From Candidatus Saccharimonadota bacterium (lineage in GTDB: Bacteria; Patescibacteriota; Patescibacteriia; 2-12-FULL-60-25), in assembly GCA_022843095.1 (NCBI GenBank), contig JALHOH010000001.1, positions 540,001 through 572,000 on the forward strand: a DNA stretch of 32,000 nt, read 5' to 3'. Below the pieces are notes generated by a model. That model was not told the DNA's origin, ran no database searches, and was given only the letters and a program-made list of their open reading frames with translations. This document shows, one piece after another, positions 27,557 to 32,000 of the stretch. The first letter of the stretch is position 1. The number at the start of each line of letters is the position of its first letter. The position numbers and the translations under genes were made by a program.

Positions 27557-29824
27557 ATGCCCATCGACTATTCTCATGACCACGACAACGAAATTACCCT
27601 CTTCGGCGAGGTGAACTTTCGTAATCAGCGCCGCCGATTTGGGATCAAAACGGACGATCGTCGCCGGCACATGTACGTGATCGGGAAAACGGGCATGGGA
27701 AAAACAACCCTGCTTGAAAACCTGATTGCGCAAGACATCAACGCAGGACATGGATGTTGCTATATCGATCCGCACGGGGATACGGCGGAAAAAATCATCG
27801 ACTACATTCCGGCGAATCGTATCAACGACGTCGTGTATTTTAATCCGGCGGACGCGGAATTCCCGATGGGATTCAACATTTTGGAATTGGATAACGAAGA
27901 GCAAAAGCCCCTGGTTGCAAGCGGACTCATGGGGGTTTTCAAAAAGATCTGGCCTGACGTGTGGAGTCCGCGCATGGAGTACATTCTCATGAACTGCGTG
28001 CTCGCGCTGTTGGATTATCCCGGCGCGACGCTCATGGGGATCAACCGATTGCTCGTGGATAAAGAATATCGCGCACGAGTCATCGCTAAGATTCGTGATC
28101 CGATCGTGAAGACATTTTGGGTCGCGGAGTTTGCCGCGTGGTCGGAAAAGTATGCAACCGAAGCCATTGCGCCGGTACAAAACAAGGTCGGGCAGTTTTT
28201 GTCGTCGTCTGTGATCCGTAACATTGTGGCGCAGGTGAAATCCACCATGAATTTGCGCCGCATCATGGACGATGGAAAGATTTTGATCGTCAATTTGTCC
28301 AAAGGGCGTATTGGGGAAGATAACATGCGGTTGCTTGGGGGGATGTTGATCACCAAGCTTCAGCTGGCGGCACAGGAACGTCAAAACATGAAAGAGCTGG
28401 ATCGACGTGATTTTTACATGTACGTCGATGAGTTTCAGAATTTCGCGAACGAATCATTTGCAAGTATTTTGTCGGAAGCGCGTAAATATCGGTTGAATTT
28501 GATCGTCGCGCACCAATACATCGAACAGCTGGATGAAAAAGTCGCGCCGGCCATTTTTGGAAACGTTGGGACGTTGATCGTCATGCGCGTCGGAGCCAAA
28601 GATGCGGAGTTTATGGAGACGGAGTTTGCGCCGTCACTGACCCCGGAAGATTTGGTGAGTCTTGCAAAGTTCCAGATGTACATGAAGCTCATGGTGGACG
28701 GGGTCGCGACTGCGCCGTTTTCGGCGAATTCCATGCCTCCGATTGCGCAAAAAACGCAGAGTACGGAGAAGGTGATTAAAGTGAGTCGCGAACGATACGC
28801 CGAACCGCGCCAAATTATTGAAGAGAAGGTCCTGAAGTGGGCGGGGATGGAGCTTCAATTACCGGGGGCTGCGATTCCGAATCCGCCTACGCCAAGTTCG
28901 ACCGTGGTTGCGGTTTCGGATGCGGAAACGCCGGTTGCGCATGAGTATCCCCTCATTCAAACGGAAGAAGAAAAAGAGCAGTTAGAGCAGGTGGCGGCTA
29001 AGAGTCCTGTCCAAAAAGTGGAGCCGGTTGGAACGGAGACGGAGCCGACAGAGTACTTGAAGATTCGTCCGGAACGGATGGCGGCGATTCAGGCAACCGT
29101 AGACAAGGCGCTTTCTTCTGCGGGTCAGAAAAAGCAAAAGCCGAAGTTTACCTATTCCTGTTCACGCTGCGGGAAGCAATTTGAATTGGCGGTGCAGCTG
29201 GATACTTCGCGGCCGATCTATTGCACCGAGTGCCGCCCGATTATATTAGAAGAACGAAAAAAATCGGGGACGTCGATGCAGGAGTTAAAGAAAGCGCCGA
29301 TTCCGCCCGAACGGGCAGCACGCATGGAGCCGCGTCCTCCTCAAAAACCAGCGCAGAAACCACCATCTTCCGGGGCGCATCCAGAACCGAATCGTCCGAG
29401 GATCGTGCGGGAGACGCCGCCGCAAGCTGCTATCAAAATCGTATCGGCTGCAAACGACCAAGAAAAGGAACGAGAAAGTCTATTGGCAGAGCTCACAAAA
29501 ACAAAGGGATCACCCATTGAAACGGATAAGCGCGTGCTGGAATCGAAAGCAGGTCAGCCACGTCGTGATGAGCGCGGAAGGCGTCGACCGGATCGTCCAC
29601 GAGAGTCGCGTGCACCGGAGTCCTCCAAGCCCGCGCCGACGGTCTCGGCCCAGCCCATTTCTCCCGCAGCGCCGCTTCCGCCTTCTCCAACCCCTCCACC
29701 GCCCCCACCTACACGGATGCCAGTGGATGCAGATATCGTGGTGATGCCATCAATGGAGGAAACGCCTGATACAACTTCGGGTTCTGGGCACACGCTTCGT
29801 CCTGGGCAAAAGATTTCCTTCTAG
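27557..29824 (+). CDS. VirD4/TraD/TrwB-like (type IV coupling protein-like) P-loop ATPase with a C-terminal zinc ribbon and disordered tail
   Basis: Walker A GKTGMGKT (27683-27706). Walker B-like YMYVDEFQ (28415-28438), followed by SEARKYRLNLIVAHQ. CSRC-x17-CTEC at 29159-29233. The roughly 190 aa after the ribbon are Pro/Arg/Lys-rich. There is no N-terminal TM segment. Confidence 0.75.
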   Translation: MPIDYSHDHDNEITLFGEVNFRNQRRRFGIKTDDRRRHMYVIGKTGMGKTTLLENLIAQDINAGHGCCYIDPHGDTAEKIIDYIPANRINDVVYFNPADAEFPMGFNILELDNEEQKPLVASGLMGVFKKIWPDVWSPRMEYILMNCVLALLDYPGATLMGINRLLVDKEYRARVIAKIRDPIVKTFWVAEFAAWSEKYATEAIAPVQNKVGQFLSSSVIRNIVAQVKSTMNLRRIMDDGKILIVNLSKGRIGEDNMRLLGGMLITKLQLAAQERQNMKELDRRDFYMYVDEFQNFANESFASILSEARKYRLNLIVAHQYIEQLDEKVAPAIFGNVGTLIVMRVGAKDAEFMETEFAPSLTPEDLVSLAKFQMYMKLMVDGVATAPFSANSMPPIAQKTQSTEKVIKVSRERYAEPRQIIEEKVLKWAGMELQLPGAAIPNPPTPSSTVVAVSDAETPVAHEYPLIQTEEEKEQLEQVAAKSPVQKVEPVGTETEPTEYLKIRPERMAAIQATVDKALSSAGQKKQKPKFTYSCSRCGKQFELAVQLDTSRPIYCTECRPIILEERKKSGTSMQELKKAPIPPERAARMEPRPPQKPAQKPPSSGAHPEPNRPRIVRETPPQAAIKIVSAANDQEKERESLLAELTKTKGSPIETDKRVLESKAGQPRRDERGRRRPDRPRESRAPESSKPAPTVSAQPISPAAPLPPSPTPPPPPPTRMPVDADIVVMPSMEETPDTTSGSGHTLRPGQKISF

Positions 29825-29837
29825 GTAGGCTATTGTC

Positions 29838-30509
29838 ATGGAACGCGTGTCGTTCGAAACGAAAGACGGCGTCACGATCGTTGGATCGTGGCAACCGACC
29901 GCCGACTCATCCTCGGCGGTTTTGCTGTTGCACATGATGCCGAGTGATCGAACGAGTTGGGTGCATCTACAGTCGCTGTTGTCCGAACGCGGAATGGCTT
30001 CACTTGCGATCGATCTTCGTGGGCATGGGGAGTCATTGCAGCAAAGGAACCAGGCATTGGATTATCGGATGTTTTCGGACGCAGAACATCAGGCCTCGGC
30101 TCAAGATATCCAGGCAGCGCTTGCTTGGATGCAGGAACGGAGTGGCGTATCGTCTGTTTTTGTCGTTGGCGCTTCGATTGGGGCGAGCCTTGCGTTGCAG
30201 AGCGCGATTGCGGATCCACGGATTCATGCGATTGCATTGCTTTCTCCCGGAGAGAGCTATCGTGGGATACAGGCGTTTCCGTTGGCGCGTCAGCTCTCGC
30301 CGACTCAAGGTCTTTTTGTTGCAGCCTCTTCTCCAGACGATCAGGCTTCGTTTGAGTCAGCAAAGGAGATATTGCGTTTGGCAGGGCGTTCGGTGGATGC
30401 TGGGCGCTGGTTCGAGAACGCCGGTCACGGAACACAGCTATTCACCTCCCATCCGGAGCTCGCGACAGCGCTTGTCGATTGGATCGCGAAGGAACGTACA
30501 CGTCTATGA
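29838..30509 (+). CDS. Alpha/beta-fold hydrolase (substrate unknown)
   Basis: Nucleophile elbow GASIG in VFVVGASIGASLAL, an HGES loop after strand 3, a C-terminal AGHG histidine and a length of about 220 aa. Confidence 0.7.
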   Translation: MERVSFETKDGVTIVGSWQPTADSSSAVLLLHMMPSDRTSWVHLQSLLSERGMASLAIDLRGHGESLQQRNQALDYRMFSDAEHQASAQDIQAALAWMQERSGVSSVFVVGASIGASLALQSAIADPRIHAIALLSPGESYRGIQAFPLARQLSPTQGLFVAASSPDDQASFESAKEILRLAGRSVDAGRWFENAGHGTQLFTSHPELATALVDWIAKERTRL

Positions 30510-31318
30510 TTTCATGGCTACAAGGGATCGTGCTAGGAGCGGTTCAAGGATTCACTGAATTCTTTCCCGTTTCTTCAAGCGGGCATCTTATTCTTGTCCC
30601 GGTGTTGTTTGGATGGACAGATCAGGGTCTTGCGTTTGATACGGTCCTGCATTTGGGGACGCTTGCCGCTTTGCTTTGGTATTTTCGTGCCGAATGGTCA
30701 GGAGCGCTTGTCTGCGCACCAAAGCGATCCGAAGAGGGGGCCGCGGCGCGCGCATTTTTAGGGAAGGTGTTGGTGGCGGCGTTGCCCGTCCTGGTAGTCG
30801 CGTTTTTCGTCAATGATTATGTGGAGGCGTTTGCGCGCCGAAGTGGTCTGGTGGCCTTTGATTTGGCGTTTTGGGGATTAATGTTACTCGGTGCAGATCG
30901 GTTTGCGGCGCGTCGGCCTGCGTCCACACTCTCGCCGACATTTGAGCATCTCACCTGGAAACAGGCGCTCATGGTCGGTATTGCACAGCCACTGTCATTG
31001 TTGCCGGGGACGTCGCGTTCCGGGATTACGATGACGGCGGGGTTGCTGTCCGGTCTCCCGCGCCCGCTCGCGGCAAAATTTTCGTTTTTTGTGAGTATTC
31101 CTGTGACGGCTGCGGCGGGTGCACATGGGGTGCTTGAGCTTCTGACCGCTGACGGGGTCGCGTTCCCGGTGGTCCCATTGATTCTTGGATTTTTTTCCGC
31201 AATGCTTGCAGGGTCGTTCGCTATTTCGTTCTTAATCTCGTATGTCTCAACGCAACGGTTCGATGTCTTCGTATGGTATCGGTTGGCGCTTGCCAGCGCT
31301 GTGTTTGTGCTTGTGTAG
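30506..31318 (+). CDS. uppP: Undecaprenyl-diphosphate phosphatase
   Basis: Shows the BacA/UppP signatures: GAVQGFTEFFPVSSSGHL and the PGTSRSG motif (LLPGTSRSGITMTAGL). The ATG at 30506 overlaps the upstream stop in an ATGA arrangement. Confidence 0.9.
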   Translation: MISWLQGIVLGAVQGFTEFFPVSSSGHLILVPVLFGWTDQGLAFDTVLHLGTLAALLWYFRAEWSGALVCAPKRSEEGAAARAFLGKVLVAALPVLVVAFFVNDYVEAFARRSGLVAFDLAFWGLMLLGADRFAARRPASTLSPTFEHLTWKQALMVGIAQPLSLLPGTSRSGITMTAGLLSGLPRPLAAKFSFFVSIPVTAAAGAHGVLELLTADGVAFPVVPLILGFFSAMLAGSFAISFLISYVSTQRFDVFVWYRLALASAVFVLV

Positions 31319-32000
31319 CGCGCTCCTCTTGGGAGGGACGCCTCGAGATGCGGCAGCGGCAGAGCATCGTGATTCGGATGTAGACGGATTGTTGGACGAA
31401 TGGGAGGTCTCTATTTTTGGGACAGATCCAAGCAAGTTAGATACCGATGGTGATGGATACGCGGATCGTGAAGAGGTGCTCCACGAGTATGATCCACTCG
31501 CCCCAAAAAAGAAGCGCGCTCCCAAGGATTTTGATAAAGACGGCCTGAATGATCGACTTGAGTTGCTCTTTGGAACGGATCCGATGCAGGCGGATACGGA
31601 TGGGGATTCCTTTCAGGATGGGTTGGAAGTAGAGATGGCGTATTCACCAACCTCTACGGAGGCGATTCCGCTGGAAAAAAGCCTTCATATTATTCTGAGT
31701 ACGCAACGAATGGAGCGGCGTGTCATGGGGATCGCGATTGCTTCGTCACCAGTATCTTCGGGTCTCGCAAAAACACCGACACCCGTTGGAACGTTTAAGG
31801 TGTTGGATAAGCATCCGCGCGCGTGGTCGCGTTCCGCGAAGTTGTGGATGCCGTATTGGATGCATTTTTCCGGACGTGGTCACGGAATTCATGAATTGCC
31901 CGAATGGCCGGGCGGTCGCAAAGAAGGGGCGTCTCACTTGGGGCGTCCGGCGAGTCACGGATGTGTGCGGCTTGGGGTTGGGGCAGCAAAAACCGCGTAT
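31263..32000 (+). CDS. L,D-transpeptidase (YkuD domain) with N-terminal TSP3-like Ca-binding repeats (3' end outside window)
   Basis: I translated frame 3 by hand, as this ORF is absent from the track because it has no stop in the window. It reads MSSYGIGWRLPALCLCLCSALLLGG..., has four DxDxDG-type motifs (DSDVDGLLDEWE, DTDGDGYADREE, DKDGLNDRLE, DTDGDSFQDGLE), then the YkuD core ending in the catalytic SHGCVRL (31953-31973). An alternative ATG lies at 31242. Confidence 0.8.
   Translation, partial: MSSYGIGWRLPALCLCLCSALLLGGTPRDAAAAEHRDSDVDGLLDEWEVSIFGTDPSKLDTDGDGYADREEVLHEYDPLAPKKKRAPKDFDKDGLNDRLELLFGTDPMQADTDGDSFQDGLEVEMAYSPTSTEAIPLEKSLHIILSTQRMERRVMGIAIASSPVSSGLAKTPTPVGTFKVLDKHPRAWSRSAKLWMPYWMHFSGRGHGIHELPEWPGGRKEGASHLGRPASHGCVRLGVGAAKTAY

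Noticed and set aside
26885-28384. 499-aa - strand ORF overlapping the end of the 26189 gene and the ATPase gene
   Set aside because: It is antisense to an ORF with clear Walker A and B motifs. The product is Arg/His/Phe-rich with no motifs.
1-32000. CRISPR arrays, tRNA or rRNA genes, transposases, integrases and toxin-antitoxin pairs
   Set aside because: I looked in all intergenic spacers and in the ORF list. I found no regularly spaced direct repeats, no T-loop GGTTCGAATCC-type sequence, no rRNA-like stretch and no DDE or tyrosine-recombinase-like ORF.

Overview
The window is a gene-dense bacterial chromosome segment. Most genes are on the + strand, and host genes have no Shine-Dalgarno sequence upstream of their ATG. 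Recognisable housekeeping genes are infB (3' part), trxA-trxB-gdh, an hsp20-vanW pair on the - strand, nusA, yidC, secD, secF, an alpha/beta hydrolase, uppP and an L,D-transpeptidase that is open at the window end. The gene content and style suggest a Patescibacteria/CPR-like organism, but I cannot verify this without a search. Five things stand out. (1) A single 11,457-nt ORF (7406..18862) encodes a 3818-aa secreted, cysteine-rich giant protein. It lies 5 nt downstream of a membrane-anchored Ca-binding-repeat protein. (2) A two-gene, GC3-rich island on the opposite strand (about 18.9-20.85 kb) sits between the giant gene and nusA. (3) SecD carries an inserted PrsA/parvulin-like foldase module. 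(4) A membrane protein is paired with a TM-less VirD4/TraD-like P-loop ATPase that ends in a CxxC-x17-CxxC zinc ribbon and a Pro/Arg-rich tail. (5) About 290 bp of structured intergenic sequence between convergent terminators remains unexplained. I saw no rRNA, tRNA, CRISPR array, transposase or integrase. All functional calls rest on motif recognition by eye, since no database search was possible.
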